Assembly (NCBI GenBank): GCA_029860075.1
Contig: JAOUBX010000012.1
Location: forward strand, 3,654 to 67,653
Length of the DNA: 64,000 bases
Direction of reading: 5' to 3'
Source: Deltaproteobacteria bacterium
GTDB taxonomy: Bacteria; Desulfobacterota; JADFVX01
Part shown: in pieces, positions 1 through 9,977 of the stretch
Layout: every line of letters begins with the position of its first letter
Position numbering within the stretch: the first letter of the stretch is position 1
Notes under the pieces: model-generated
What the model saw: the letters and a program-made list of their open reading frames with translations, nothing else
Told to the model about the DNA's origin: nothing
The model's database searches: none
Translations under genes and position numbers: made by a program

Positions 1-1
1 T

Positions 2-544
2 GGCAAGGAAAACATTGTTTGTCAAAATTGCCATATGCCTGACCGTAAACACCTTTTCAGGGGAATTCATGATCGGGAGATGGTGGAAGGTGGTCTCCAT
101 TTTGAAGTGATTAACGATAATACCAATGTTACCCTTAGAATAACGAATAGTGCTGTGGGTCATTATTTTCCTACATATATCACCCCTTCCGTTACGGTAA
201 AAGGTTACCTTCTTGATTCTTCAGGTTCCATCATCGATGGGAGCCTGAAAGAAGCGATAATAGGTCGAAGGGTAAGCCTCGATCTTTCGGAAGAACTTTT
301 CGATACCCGCATTGCCCCGTTGAAGCATTTTGATTTCCAGTATGTCCCGCCCCCCATCAAAGAAGCCGAAAAGATTGCCTTTGAAATTTATGTCTACCCC
401 GATGAATTCTACAAGCGCTTTTTCTCCTCCCTTCTTGCTTCCGGCAACTATGCCGGAGAGAGAGAGGATATTGTAAGAGCGCTAGAGGGAACAAAGGAGA
501 GCAGCTATCTTCTCTATCGGGTGGAGAGAAAAATCGCCCCCTGA
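2..544 (+). CDS. Cytochrome c family protein, C-terminal fragment. The gene continues upstream of the window.
   Basis: The open frame runs from position 2 with no stop. A CxxCH heme-binding motif (CQNCH) is encoded at about 20-34. The ORF track shows the same frame continuing to 544. Confidence 0.4.
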   Translation, partial: GKENIVCQNCHMPDRKHLFRGIHDREMVEGGLHFEVINDNTNVTLRITNSAVGHYFPTYITPSVTVKGYLLDSSGSIIDGSLKEAIIGRRVSLDLSEELFDTRIAPLKHFDFQYVPPPIKEAEKIAFEIYVYPDEFYKRFFSSLLASGNYAGEREDIVRALEGTKESSYLLYRVERKIAP

Positions 545-729
545 CGATATTTATAAGGCCCTTTACACAAATTACTGAAAAAATTGCTTATAGACTTAAT
601 TTTATGGACCATATAGGCTATTATCCAGGAAAGGACGGTTGGATCATGAATCTATGTGTGACACCATAAATGATGCCAACGGCCCTTTCCGGGATGATAT
701 AGCATATAAAAAAATAGAGGAGGATTCGC

Positions 730-1011
730 ATGGCAAATGCAAGTGCAAGGCATATACTGGTTGCAACGGAAGAACAGTGTAAAGAACTGAAAGAGAAAAT
801 AGAGGGCGGCGCTGATTTTGCTGAGTTGGCTCAGCAATATTCACAATGTCCTTCAGGAGCTGATGGTGGAGAGTTGGGATCTTTTGGGCCGGGACAAATG
901 GTGAAAGAATTTGATGAAGTCGTATTTAGCGCTGAACTGAACAAGGTTCAGGGGCCGGTGAAGACGCAGTTTGGATATCACCTTTTAGAAGTAACCAGCA
1001 GGACTGATTAA
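730..1011 (+). CDS. ppiC: Parvulin-type peptidyl-prolyl cis-trans isomerase (PpiC/Par10-like)
   Basis: 93-aa ORF, the same length as E. coli PpiC. It carries conserved parvulin blocks (ARHILV..., GGxLGxFxxGQMVxxF, HLLEV). Confidence 0.85.
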   Translation: MANASARHILVATEEQCKELKEKIEGGADFAELAQQYSQCPSGADGGELGSFGPGQMVKEFDEVVFSAELNKVQGPVKTQFGYHLLEVTSRTD

Positions 1012-1050
1012 GGTCCCTTTATGGGAGCCGCTCAGCCCATGAATTGACAT

Positions 1051-1096
1051 AAAAAAAGCCCGAACCGGCTATCTGTCCGGTTCGGGCTTTTTTAAA
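1051..1096. terminator. Bidirectional rho-independent terminator between ppiC (+) and pckA (-)
   Basis: A-run, then a GC-rich 12-bp inverted repeat (agcccgaaccgg / ccggttcgggct), then a T-run. It sits between convergent genes. Confidence 0.6.
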
Positions 1097-1103
1097 ATTT
1101 GTA

Positions 1104-2711
1104 TTAACAGTTTTTAACAGGCCCCCCTTTTAAAATATCGGAACTTACATCTTTCTTAAAGGTCTTGAAATTTTCCCTGAACAGGTCGGCCAGGTGACGG
1201 GCCTTTGTATCGTAGTCCTTTTTCTTTTTCCAGGCGTTCCTTGGGTTGAGAATGTGGTCCGGGACCTCATGGCAGTGAGTTGGATAGGAAAGACCGAAAA
1301 AGGGATCTGTCTCCATAGGGGCATCTTTAAGCTCTCCTTCGATGGCCTGGTTTAGAAGGGCTCTCGTATATTGTATCGATATGCGTTCACCCACACCGTA
1401 AGGACCACCGATCCATCCCGTATTGACAAGCCAGCAGTTGACATTGTGTTTTTTGATCTTTTCACCGAGCAGCTTTGCATAAACGGAAGGATTTCTTACC
1501 ATGAATGCCGCGCCGAAGCAGGAGCTGAAGGTTGCTATCGGTTCCTTTATTCCCCTTTCCGTACCGGCTACTTTGGCTGTATAACCGGAGATGAAGTGGT
1601 ACATGGCCTGTTCCGGTGAAAGCTTGGAAATAGGTGGAAGAACGCCGAAAGCGTCACAGGTAAGGAAAATAATATTTTCGGGATGGCCGCCTCTACCTGT
1701 CGGTTCATGGTTAGGGATAAAGGCGATGGGATAGGCGGCGCGGGTATTCTCTGTAAGTGATGCATCATCGAGGTCTATATCGCGTGTTCTCATATCGATT
1801 TTTACATTTTCAAGGATAGTGCCGAATCGTCTTGTGCATTCGAAGATCTGGGGCTCCGCATAATGGGAGAGGTTGATCACCTTGGCGTAACATCCCCCCT
1901 CGAAATTGAAGATGCCGTTATCACTCCAGCCGTGCTCATCGTCTCCAATGAGGTAGCGGTCAGGGTCGGCCGACAGTGTTGTTTTACCTGTGCCCGAAAG
2001 GCCGAAAAATAGGGCTGTGTCGCCTTTTTCCCCTTTGTTGGCCGAACAGTGCATTGAGAGGACGCCTTTGGCAGGAAGGAGGTAATTCATAACACTGAAA
2101 ATCGATTTCTTTATTTCACCTGCATAGCTCGTACCGCCGATGAGGATAAGTTTTTTCTTGATATCGACGAGGATGAATGCTTCCGAGTTGGTTCCGTCAT
2201 GCTTGGGTGATGCCCTGAAACCGGGGATGTTGATAACTGTAAACTGGGGGATGAAGTTGAGAAGTTCTTCATCTTCCATAATCCTGATAAACATGATACG
2301 GGCGAAAAGAGAGTGCCAGGCATCTTCCGTAATGACGCGAATGGGAATCCGGTAATCAGGATCAGCGCCTGCATAGCAATCCTGGACATAAACGTCTTTT
2401 CCCTGGAGGTAAGCCTGCATTCTCAGGAAAATTTTATCAAACTTGTCTTCAGAGAAAGGGCGGTTGCTTTCACCCCACCAGACGTTGTCCTTGCTTGTTT
2501 CTTCCTCGATAACAAAACGGTCCCTGGGAGAACGGCCTGTATAATCGCCTGTTCTTACAACGAGAGGGCCTCGGTAGGATATAATGCCCACGCGCCTTCT
2601 GATCGATTGTTCATAAAGTACCGGCGGGACGCATGTCCAGTAAATATGATTTACGTTTTCAATGCCATGTTTGTCGAGACCGTAATTGGGGTTGTGCAAA
2701 CCGCCTACCAT
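1104..2711 (-). CDS. pckA: Phosphoenolpyruvate carboxykinase (ATP)
   Basis: 535 aa. It has the kinase-1a P-loop GLSGTGKTTLS and overall PEPCK-ATP family blocks (e.g. FNFEGGCYAK, NTGW). Confidence 0.9.
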   Translation of the reverse strand: MVGGLHNPNYGLDKHGIENVNHIYWTCVPPVLYEQSIRRRVGIISYRGPLVVRTGDYTGRSPRDRFVIEEETSKDNVWWGESNRPFSEDKFDKIFLRMQAYLQGKDVYVQDCYAGADPDYRIPIRVITEDAWHSLFARIMFIRIMEDEELLNFIPQFTVINIPGFRASPKHDGTNSEAFILVDIKKKLILIGGTSYAGEIKKSIFSVMNYLLPAKGVLSMHCSANKGEKGDTALFFGLSGTGKTTLSADPDRYLIGDDEHGWSDNGIFNFEGGCYAKVINLSHYAEPQIFECTRRFGTILENVKIDMRTRDIDLDDASLTENTRAAYPIAFIPNHEPTGRGGHPENIIFLTCDAFGVLPPISKLSPEQAMYHFISGYTAKVAGTERGIKEPIATFSSCFGAAFMVRNPSVYAKLLGEKIKKHNVNCWLVNTGWIGGPYGVGERISIQYTRALLNQAIEGELKDAPMETDPFFGLSYPTHCHEVPDHILNPRNAWKKKKDYDTKARHLADLFRENFKTFKKDVSSDILKGGPVKNC

Positions 2712-2999
2712 GTTGTATTCCTCCCTTTATGAGCTATAAATATTTTAGCCGCTTATTATTGTAAAGGCATAAGATAGCATAAAAATGTTTGAAGAAAAAG
2801 GATGTCATGGAAAAGATGTTGTTTTTTATGTGAAATAATGGTGATGATTGCACAATCTAAGAAAATGCCCTCCCCTCTCCCTGAGGGAGAGGGCTTATTT
2901 ATAGCTGCCTACAAAAACACAATAATCTTTAATCTTTTGTTAATCTGCTTTTTTGTATACTCATATCATAAAATAAGAAATAACTTAGGGAGGAAAACC

Positions 3000-3083
3000 A
3001 TGGAAACTATGATGATATTGACAAAGGTAATTGGATCTCTTTATACCATTGTTGTTGTATTGGCAATGATCGTTATGCTGTAA
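3000..3083 (+). CDS. 27-aa single-pass hydrophobic peptide (METMMILTKVIGSLYTIVVVLAMIVML), a candidate AcrZ-like efflux accessory peptide
   Basis: Strong RBS GGGAGG at 2988-2993, 6 nt before the ATG. The peptide is a single predicted TM helix. It lies directly upstream of, and co-directional with, the RND operon. It is too short to appear in the ORF track as its own entry. Confidence 0.35.
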   Translation: METMMILTKVIGSLYTIVVVLAMIVML

Positions 3084-3121
3084 AAGAATGGTACCGGACA
3101 ACAGGGTTGAAGCGGTTTTTT

Positions 3122-3152
3122 TTGCATTTATTAAAAAAGCTTGTGATATAAT
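3122..3152 (+). promoter_or_regulatory. Sigma70-like promoter for the RND efflux operon (TTGCAT, 19-nt spacer, extended -10 TGaTATAAT)
   Basis: -35 TTGCAT at 3122-3127. TG at 3144-3145 precedes TATAAT at 3147-3152. The element is about 35 nt upstream of the OMF start. Confidence 0.35.
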
Positions 3153-3187
3153 CCCTGCTTTAATCAAGGCCAGAATCAAGTCAATTT

Positions 3188-4609
3188 ATGAAAAAAAATT
3201 CTTTATTATTGCCATTAAGATTCTTTCTATATGTGGGCCTTTTTTTCTTTTTAGCCGCTTGCTCTCATACTGTTAACAATGAGGTGGCGCCTCTTATTGA
3301 AGATGGCTCGGTTTATTCTCTTTCAGATGAGGGAGGGGAAGAGATTAAAGAAAAATGGTGGCTTGCCTTTAATGATCCCCGCCTTGATGAACTTATTAAT
3401 AAAGCGTTGTCAGATAGTTTTACTTTAAAGTCTTTTTACGCAAGAACTATACAGGCCGCCTCTCTGGAAAAACAGGCAAATGCCGTCAGGAAACCGCCTC
3501 TTACAGGTGAGCTGTCGCAAAGTTCGGACTGGGATAGTGATGGTGAACGAAGTGATACGTCAGCACTTGAACTGGGACTTTCATGGGAACTCGATCTCTG
3601 GTCGAGGCTGTCATCGGCTGAAAAGGCACTATTACTGGAAAATGAAGCGACAGGTGAAGATCTTGCCGGCGCGGCCCTCATTCTTGGTTCACAGGTGGCC
3701 CATACTTATTATCAGATTATTGAAACACAGGCACAGTTAAGGCTGCTTAAGAGCCAGATCGAGGTGGGAGAAAGATTTCTTCACCTCATCGAACTCCGCT
3801 TTAAAAATGGCAAAGCCTCTCTTGTCGATATCTACCAGCAGCGGCAGCAGGTAGCAGCCCTCAAATCTCAACTTCCACCGCTACGGGCGAAGTTATCGCT
3901 TCTTGCCAACGGTCTTCATGTACTCCTTGGCCGCGTACCATCAGGTGAGTTTAAAGAAGAGGCTAACTCTCTTCCTGAGCTTCCTCCATTGCCAAAGACA
4001 GGCATTCCCGCTGATCTCCTTATTAAAAGGCCCGATCTCAGAGTACGGCACAAGCGGCTTGTTGCCGCAGACTACCGTGTGGCTGAGGCCGTAGCCGGCA
4101 GACTTCCGGCAATTAAGCTTTTTGCTTCGGGAGGGCTGCGGGGTGATGCTCTCTCGGGCAGCAACCGTTTTTATTCCCTTATGGGAGAACTGGTCATGCC
4201 TATTATCGACTGGGGCAGGCGAAAGGCTGAAGTTGAGAGACGAAAGGCTATTGTTGATGAACAGCTTGCCCTTTATACGCAGGCCTTTCTCCTTGCCATA
4301 GAAGAAGTTGAAAATGCCCTGCGACAGGAAAAGGAACAGCTGGCGCTTATTGAAGCGCTTGGTGAGCAATATGAGATTGCCGGGGAAACTTTGGGTGAGA
4401 CGAGGAAGCGCTACCTGCAGGGAGTGAGCGATTATCTCCCCCTCCTTACGGCGCTTCAGTCTGTGCAAAAGCTTGAACAGGATATGCTCCGTGAAAAAGG
4501 AGAGCTTATTTCAAACCGTATACTGCTCTACAGGGCGCTGGGAGGGAGTAAATTCTCCCCTCTCGATAAGCCTGACAATGAGCCCCATCGGGAAAATGAG
4601 GAGTTATAA
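3188..4609 (+). CDS. RND efflux outer-membrane factor lipoprotein (NodT/TolC family)
   Basis: Signal peptide with lipobox (LAAC). 473 aa. The coiled-coil-rich repeat architecture is typical of the OMF/TolC family. It is the first gene of a three-gene operon with the MFP and RND genes. Confidence 0.8.
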   Translation: MKKNSLLLPLRFFLYVGLFFFLAACSHTVNNEVAPLIEDGSVYSLSDEGGEEIKEKWWLAFNDPRLDELINKALSDSFTLKSFYARTIQAASLEKQANAVRKPPLTGELSQSSDWDSDGERSDTSALELGLSWELDLWSRLSSAEKALLLENEATGEDLAGAALILGSQVAHTYYQIIETQAQLRLLKSQIEVGERFLHLIELRFKNGKASLVDIYQQRQQVAALKSQLPPLRAKLSLLANGLHVLLGRVPSGEFKEEANSLPELPPLPKTGIPADLLIKRPDLRVRHKRLVAADYRVAEAVAGRLPAIKLFASGGLRGDALSGSNRFYSLMGELVMPIIDWGRRKAEVERRKAIVDEQLALYTQAFLLAIEEVENALRQEKEQLALIEALGEQYEIAGETLGETRKRYLQGVSDYLPLLTALQSVQKLEQDMLREKGELISNRILLYRALGGSKFSPLDKPDNEPHRENEEL

Positions 4610-5833
4610 ATGAGTGATATAAAAATTAAAAGAAGATTAGCGGCAGCCGCCATAATCATCTCTATTACGGCAGCCCTTGTTTATGTTTTTTATGCCATGA
4701 AGCCTGCGACGAAAAAGAGGAGGCCCAAACCTGTCGTTCCCATTGTGGAAGTCCTTAATATTTCTCCCTCAACGGAAAGTGTATATATAGAGGCGGCAGG
4801 AGAGGTTATACCTGCAATGGAAGCAAATCTCTTTGCTGAAGTGGAGGGGAAGATTATCGATATAAGCAGTGAACTCGTTCCTGGCGGTATTGTAAAAAAA
4901 GGTGATAAGCTGGTGAGTATCGATAGGGCTGATTATATTCTTCGCGTGAAGGAGCTAAAAGCTGGGCTTGCCGAGGCTGAGTCGCAGCTGGAACTTGAAG
5001 AGGGACAGCAGGTGGTTGCCCGTGAGGAGTGGCGTCTTTTTGAAAAGGAGCATGCTGCAGCTCAGGCTGATAAAAGTCTTGCTCTAAGGGAACCCCATCT
5101 GAAAAGTGCAAAGGCCCGGCTCGATGCCGCCAGAAGCAGACTGGCTGCGGCTGAACTCGATTTAAAAAGGACGACGGTCGTTGCTCCCTTCAACGGAATT
5201 ATTTTGGAGGAATTTGCTGAAAAGGGCCAATACGTAGGAAGGCAGGGAAAAATTGCCACACTGGCCGGAACGGATTACTTCTGGGTACGTGTTTCGATCC
5301 CTCTCGGGTATGTTTCACGGATTGCCTTCCCGGATAAAAAGAATAAAAGCGGAGCAGAGGTAAAGGTCATTCTCGATACATCCAATGGCAAGAAAGTTAT
5401 CCGCAGCGGTAATGTTGAAAAATTACTGGGCGATCTTGATCTTAAAGGACGAATGGCGAGAATCCTCGTCAGGATAGATGATCCCCTTGCCCTTGGAGAC
5501 AAGGCGGGTGACGGCAGGATACTCATCGGCAGTTTTGTCAAACTTCAAATTGATGCCGGTAAACTGGAAAATATTTATGCCCTTCCCAGGGAAGTGGTAC
5601 ATGAAGGGGATCGTCTTTTTATTTTCAAAAAGGACAACACGCTAGATGTGCGGAAACTGGATATCCAGTGGCGTCGAAAAAATGAGCTTTTAGGCCTTGT
5701 CAAAATGGATGAAGGGGAACGTCTTATTGTAAGTCGTCTGCAGAATGCCCTTCCCGGGATGAAGTTGAGGGCTGCCGGGGATAAGGTAGTGGGGGATAAG
5801 GTGGGGAAGGCAGAGGGGAAAGGGAAGGAGTAG
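4610..5833 (+). CDS. Efflux RND transporter periplasmic adaptor (membrane fusion protein, HlyD/AcrA family)
   Basis: N-terminal TM anchor, a coiled-coil hairpin segment and a beta-barrel C-terminus. The start abuts the OMF stop, which suggests translational coupling. Confidence 0.8.
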   Translation: MSDIKIKRRLAAAAIIISITAALVYVFYAMKPATKKRRPKPVVPIVEVLNISPSTESVYIEAAGEVIPAMEANLFAEVEGKIIDISSELVPGGIVKKGDKLVSIDRADYILRVKELKAGLAEAESQLELEEGQQVVAREEWRLFEKEHAAAQADKSLALREPHLKSAKARLDAARSRLAAAELDLKRTTVVAPFNGIILEEFAEKGQYVGRQGKIATLAGTDYFWVRVSIPLGYVSRIAFPDKKNKSGAEVKVILDTSNGKKVIRSGNVEKLLGDLDLKGRMARILVRIDDPLALGDKAGDGRILIGSFVKLQIDAGKLENIYALPREVVHEGDRLFIFKKDNTLDVRKLDIQWRRKNELLGLVKMDEGERLIVSRLQNALPGMKLRAAGDKVVGDKVGKAEGKGKE

Positions 5834-5992
5834 AGAGGATTTTACCACCCCTAAAGCCCTTTATGCCCTGTGGGTGCTCCTAAAAATAGGAGGGGAGATT
5901 AAAGTTCCTCCCCTTGAGGGTAGAGGTTAGGAGGGATCTTAAAGGACTGTTGAAATGAAGTAATCACATTTCATTGATCTGGTTAAAATTTC

Positions 5993-8900
5993 ATGAATAG
6001 CGATAAAAATATAAGAAAAGGTCTCCTTTCTTGGATGGCCGACAATCATGTGGCAGCCAACCTTCTCATGATAGCACTCATCATCGGTGGTCTTGTAAGT
6101 GCATTCAAGATTAAGCAGGAGGTCTTCCCTGAATTTGCCCTTGATATAGTCAAAGTTACTGTTGCCTATCCCGGGGCTACGCCTGAGGAGGTGGAAGAGG
6201 GGATAATCCTTGCCGTTGAGGAAGAGGTGCGGGCATTGGAGAACATTGACCGCGTTACTTCCATTGCCCTCGAAGGGCGGACTACTATCATCGCAGAATT
6301 GGTGACCGGTGTTGATGCCAACTACATGTTGCAGGAGATAAAGAGCGCCGTTGACCGCATTACTTCCCTACCTGAAGATGCTGAAAGGCCAGTCATCAGC
6401 CTCCAGTCGAGACGCCGTGAAGTGATCAGGCTTGCCCTTACGGGAAATTTTGATGATCGGACAATGTATGACATGGCGAGTCATATGAGGGACGAACTGG
6501 CTGATCTTCCAGAAATTACCCAGGTTGAATTAAGAGGAGTCAGGGAGCCCGAAGTAAGTGTTGAGGTGCCCCGTCATAGGCTGAGGGCTTATGGTTTAAC
6601 CCTTGGTGATATTGCAGGGGCCATCAGGGAACAGTCCGTTGACATTCCTGCCGGAGGGATCAAGACAAAGGGAGGAGAGGTTCTTTTAAGGACCAAGGAG
6701 CGGCGTGACTATGCCGGTGAATTTGCAGGGATTTCACTGGTAAGCCGCAAGGATGGTACGGAGGTCAAACTGGGTGATATTGCTACTATCAGGGAGGGTT
6801 TTGCCGAGACAGATAAAGAGGCCTACTATAACGGCAAGAAGGCTGTTTTAATTAATGTGTTTCGTACCGGTGAGGAGACACCCAACGAGATATCGGAGGC
6901 TGTTTATGATTACATAACTTACATCAAGCCATCCCTTCCTCCCGGCATGGACCTGGCCGCCTACAGGGACAGGTCTGAACTCTATCAACAGAGACTCGAC
7001 CTTCTCTTGTCCAACGGTGCTATTGGGCTTCTTCTCGTCGTTATTACTCTTACCCTTTTCCTTGAGGCGCGTCTCGCTTTTTGGGTTGCCATGGGTATTC
7101 CCATGGCTGTTATCGGTTCTTTTATTATCCTTTCCTTTTCGGGAGGAACTATCAATATGATCTCCCTTTTCGCCTTTATTATTACACTCGGTATCGTCGT
7201 TGATGATGCCGTAGTTGTTGGTGAGAATATCTACTATCATCGCCAAAAGGGGCTTTCTCCTCTGGCTGCTTCCGTTAAGGGTGTGAGAGAGATGTCAGTG
7301 CCTATATTCATTGCTGTTTCAACGAATATTCTTGCTTTTGTTCCGCTACTTTTTGTTACCGGTCGGATGGGGCGTTTCTTTTTCGTTCTGCCCGCTGTTA
7401 TAATTTCGGTTTTCCTTATTTCACTGATCGAATGCCTTTTTGTCCTGCCGGCTCACCTCAATTATCCCAGGAGGAAAAGAGGGCGATTTATGGAACTTTT
7501 CGAGGCTCTTCCTGACCGTTGTGCAGTGGGACTTGAATGGTTTATAGATCGGATTTTTTCACCTCTTGTTCGTTTCTGTCTCTCCTATCGCTATCTAACG
7601 GCCCTCGTCGCCATTGCTGTTCTTATTGTCTCTCATGCCTACTGGACTAATGGCTGGATCAATTATTCATACTTTCCCCGTATACAGACAGATAGTATCG
7701 ATGCAGAAATCGAACTTCCCTATGGTTCACCTGTCGAGGAAGTCAGGCGTATTGCCCGTCTTGTTGAAGAGGGGGGGCTAAGGGCCGTAGATAAAAACGG
7801 GGGCAGGGAAATTGTAAGAGGGGTGATGACTGACATTTCGGGGGGAAATACGGCACAGGTTACTTTTCAGCTCGTTCCCCAAAATGAGCGGGAAATGACA
7901 TCACGCCAGTTCAGTATTAAGTGGCGCCAGGAGGTAGGAGAAATCCCGGGTCTGGAAAGGCTCTTCTTCGATTACGTCGTAGGTCCAGGTGGTTCGGCGG
8001 CCATCAATATAGAATTGACCCATCCCGATCCGAAGACGCTTGAGGCTGCTGCAAGTGACGTTGCTGCAGAGCTTGCCCAATATAAGGGTGTTACCGATAT
8101 TGATGATGGTTTTGCACAGGGAAAACCACAGTTTGATTTTAATATGAAAGCTGAAGGGCGTTCACTTGGTTTAACTGCAAGGTCTCTCGGTAGCCAGGTA
8201 AGGCATGCTTATTATGGGGCTGAAGCGCTTCGCCAGCAGCGGGGGCGCGATGAAGTCAGGATTATGATCCGATTACCCAAAGAGGAGAGACGGTCGCTTT
8301 ACAGTCTGGAAGAACTCCTTATATTAACGCCTGATGGAGGTGAAGTGCCTCTTTCCTCAGCGGTGACGATTACAGGGAGCCGCGCCTATACGGAGATTGA
8401 TAGAGTTGACGGCAAGAGAGTGCTCAACGTCAAGGCGAGTGTCATTCAGGGGGTGACTAATGAGAATAAGGTCCTTGATGGTCTAAAGAGGAATTTTCTC
8501 CCCGAACTGAAGGCAAAGTATGCCGGCCTTAAATATACCTTTGCAGGCCGGCAGAGGCAGCAGGCTCAGTCACAGGAAGACCTTCATATGGGGATTACCT
8601 TTATCATGGCGGGCATCTTCTGCTTTCTTGCTATTCCTTTCAGGAGCTATGCCCAGGCGATAGTGGTTATGCTTAGCATCCCTTTCGGTCTTGTATGTGC
8701 CCTTGTAGGGCATATTATCATGGGTTATGATATGAGCATCACCAGTATTTTCGGCATGATTGCTCTTTGTGGAATTGTGGTCAACGGAGGCCTTGTATTT
8801 ATAATCACAGCCAATAAGATGATGCGAGAAGAGGGGAAAAGCGCCTATGACGCGGCCTATCTGGCGGCAAGGCGGAGGTTCAGACCTATTATGCTCACAT

Positions 8901-9145
8901 CGCTAACCACCTTTTTCGGCCTTGCCCCCATGATCTTCGAACAATCGGTCCAGGCCAGGTTCCTCATCCCCATGGCCATTTCCCTCGGCTACGGCATCCT
9001 ATTTTCCACAGGTGTTGTCCTGCTGCTTACACCAACGCTTTACGTTATTCACCAGGATCTCCGGCACCAGATCAAGGCTTTTTTCGGGAGAGATGAAGAG
9101 GGTATGGGGGAGAGTGGCGAAGTAAAAGAAGAAATGGAAGCGTGA
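5993..9145 (+). CDS. Efflux RND transporter permease (AcrB/CzcA superfamily)
   Basis: 1050 aa. It has the 12-TM, two-large-periplasmic-loop architecture and conserved RND TM4 and TM10 regions. Confidence 0.9.
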   Translation: MNSDKNIRKGLLSWMADNHVAANLLMIALIIGGLVSAFKIKQEVFPEFALDIVKVTVAYPGATPEEVEEGIILAVEEEVRALENIDRVTSIALEGRTTIIAELVTGVDANYMLQEIKSAVDRITSLPEDAERPVISLQSRRREVIRLALTGNFDDRTMYDMASHMRDELADLPEITQVELRGVREPEVSVEVPRHRLRAYGLTLGDIAGAIREQSVDIPAGGIKTKGGEVLLRTKERRDYAGEFAGISLVSRKDGTEVKLGDIATIREGFAETDKEAYYNGKKAVLINVFRTGEETPNEISEAVYDYITYIKPSLPPGMDLAAYRDRSELYQQRLDLLLSNGAIGLLLVVITLTLFLEARLAFWVAMGIPMAVIGSFIILSFSGGTINMISLFAFIITLGIVVDDAVVVGENIYYHRQKGLSPLAASVKGVREMSVPIFIAVSTNILAFVPLLFVTGRMGRFFFVLPAVIISVFLISLIECLFVLPAHLNYPRRKRGRFMELFEALPDRCAVGLEWFIDRIFSPLVRFCLSYRYLTALVAIAVLIVSHAYWTNGWINYSYFPRIQTDSIDAEIELPYGSPVEEVRRIARLVEEGGLRAVDKNGGREIVRGVMTDISGGNTAQVTFQLVPQNEREMTSRQFSIKWRQEVGEIPGLERLFFDYVVGPGGSAAINIELTHPDPKTLEAAASDVAAELAQYKGVTDIDDGFAQGKPQFDFNMKAEGRSLGLTARSLGSQVRHAYYGAEALRQQRGRDEVRIMIRLPKEERRSLYSLEELLILTPDGGEVPLSSAVTITGSRAYTEIDRVDGKRVLNVKASVIQGVTNENKVLDGLKRNFLPELKAKYAGLKYTFAGRQRQQAQSQEDLHMGITFIMAGIFCFLAIPFRSYAQAIVVMLSIPFGLVCALVGHIIMGYDMSITSIFGMIALCGIVVNGGLVFIITANKMMREEGKSAYDAAYLAARRRFRPIMLTSLTTFFGLAPMIFEQSVQARFLIPMAISLGYGILFSTGVVLLLTPTLYVIHQDLRHQIKAFFGRDEEGMGESGEVKEEMEA

Positions 9146-9248
9146 ACTGCCCCCGATTTTACTTAAACTAATTCCAAATCCCTCCTGACCTCCTCTATGA
9201 GCCGTTGTCTCCGAGCCATAGGCCTTTACAAAGGGAGTAAGAATATAC

Positions 9249-9908
9249 TTACTGCAAGGTAAAGGGCTCAAAGGAATGCTTGCAATACCGGCCCGGAATG
9301 GCATGGTCTCCCTCTTCAAAGTCGAAGAAAACACAGTCCACTCCTTTGGCTGAAGTTATGGAATAGGTAACTGACGCCATGTAAGATAACGCGCCGCTCG
9401 TTCCCATTCTCCGGGTAAGGTGCTCAGAGTTGGCAATGCCGATAAATACGGTATTGTTTTCCTGCTTGTTGAAGATCACGCGCGGGAGCTCCTCCTGATT
9501 AAATTCGTAATTTAACGCTTCAGTAATTCTTTTGGCATCGGCCGATTTAAGGGCTTTTTTAAAAACAGGAAAAAGACCGGCATCTTCGGTAGTCCATATG
9601 CCCGGTTGGTAGCCGTCAACAAGTCTTTTTATCCGCTTGCTCATCGCCTGCTTTTGTTCTTCATGTTTCTTGACTTCTTCAAAAAGTTCCCCGTTTTTCT
9701 TTGACAGTTCCTTGTTTTTTGCCGCAAGCGCATTGACTTTTGCTTCAAGCGCTTTAACTTCCGGTATTTTCTCTACACCCCTTTGGGTTTGCGGTGGCGT
9801 CACTCCTTCAGGTTCAGGTTTTTCACCGTTGCATCCAAAAAATTGAAATAAGAGTACACTGCAGATGATCAGGAAAAGAAGATGCTTTTCATTGCTGTAT
9901 CTTTTCAT
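9249..9908 (-). CDS. Hypothetical lipoprotein with a coiled-coil segment
   Basis: Start chosen at MKRYSNEK, which is preceded by GGAGG. Signal peptide with lipobox (FFGC). No recognisable catalytic motif. Confidence 0.5.
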   Translation of the reverse strand: MKRYSNEKHLLFLIICSVLLFQFFGCNGEKPEPEGVTPPQTQRGVEKIPEVKALEAKVNALAAKNKELSKKNGELFEEVKKHEEQKQAMSKRIKRLVDGYQPGIWTTEDAGLFPVFKKALKSADAKRITEALNYEFNQEELPRVIFNKQENNTVFIGIANSEHLTRRMGTSGALSYMASVTYSITSAKGVDCVFFDFEEGDHAIPGRYCKHSFEPFTLQ

Positions 9909-9977
9909 AGGGAAACCTCCAAATCTTATATAATATATAAAATTAGCCCATTTATTTTGTTTTCGCAACTTCATCGG

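Noticed and set aside
2802-3083. 93-aa ORF in the ORF track covering the pckA/efflux divergent region
   Set aside because: No RBS and odd composition. Only its last 27 codons have a good RBS (GGGAGG) and the hydrophobic-helix character of a real sORF. I annotated 3000-3083 instead.
6848-7246. 132-aa minus-strand ORF inside the RND pump gene
   Set aside because: It is antisense to the conserved RND transmembrane region. It is spurious.
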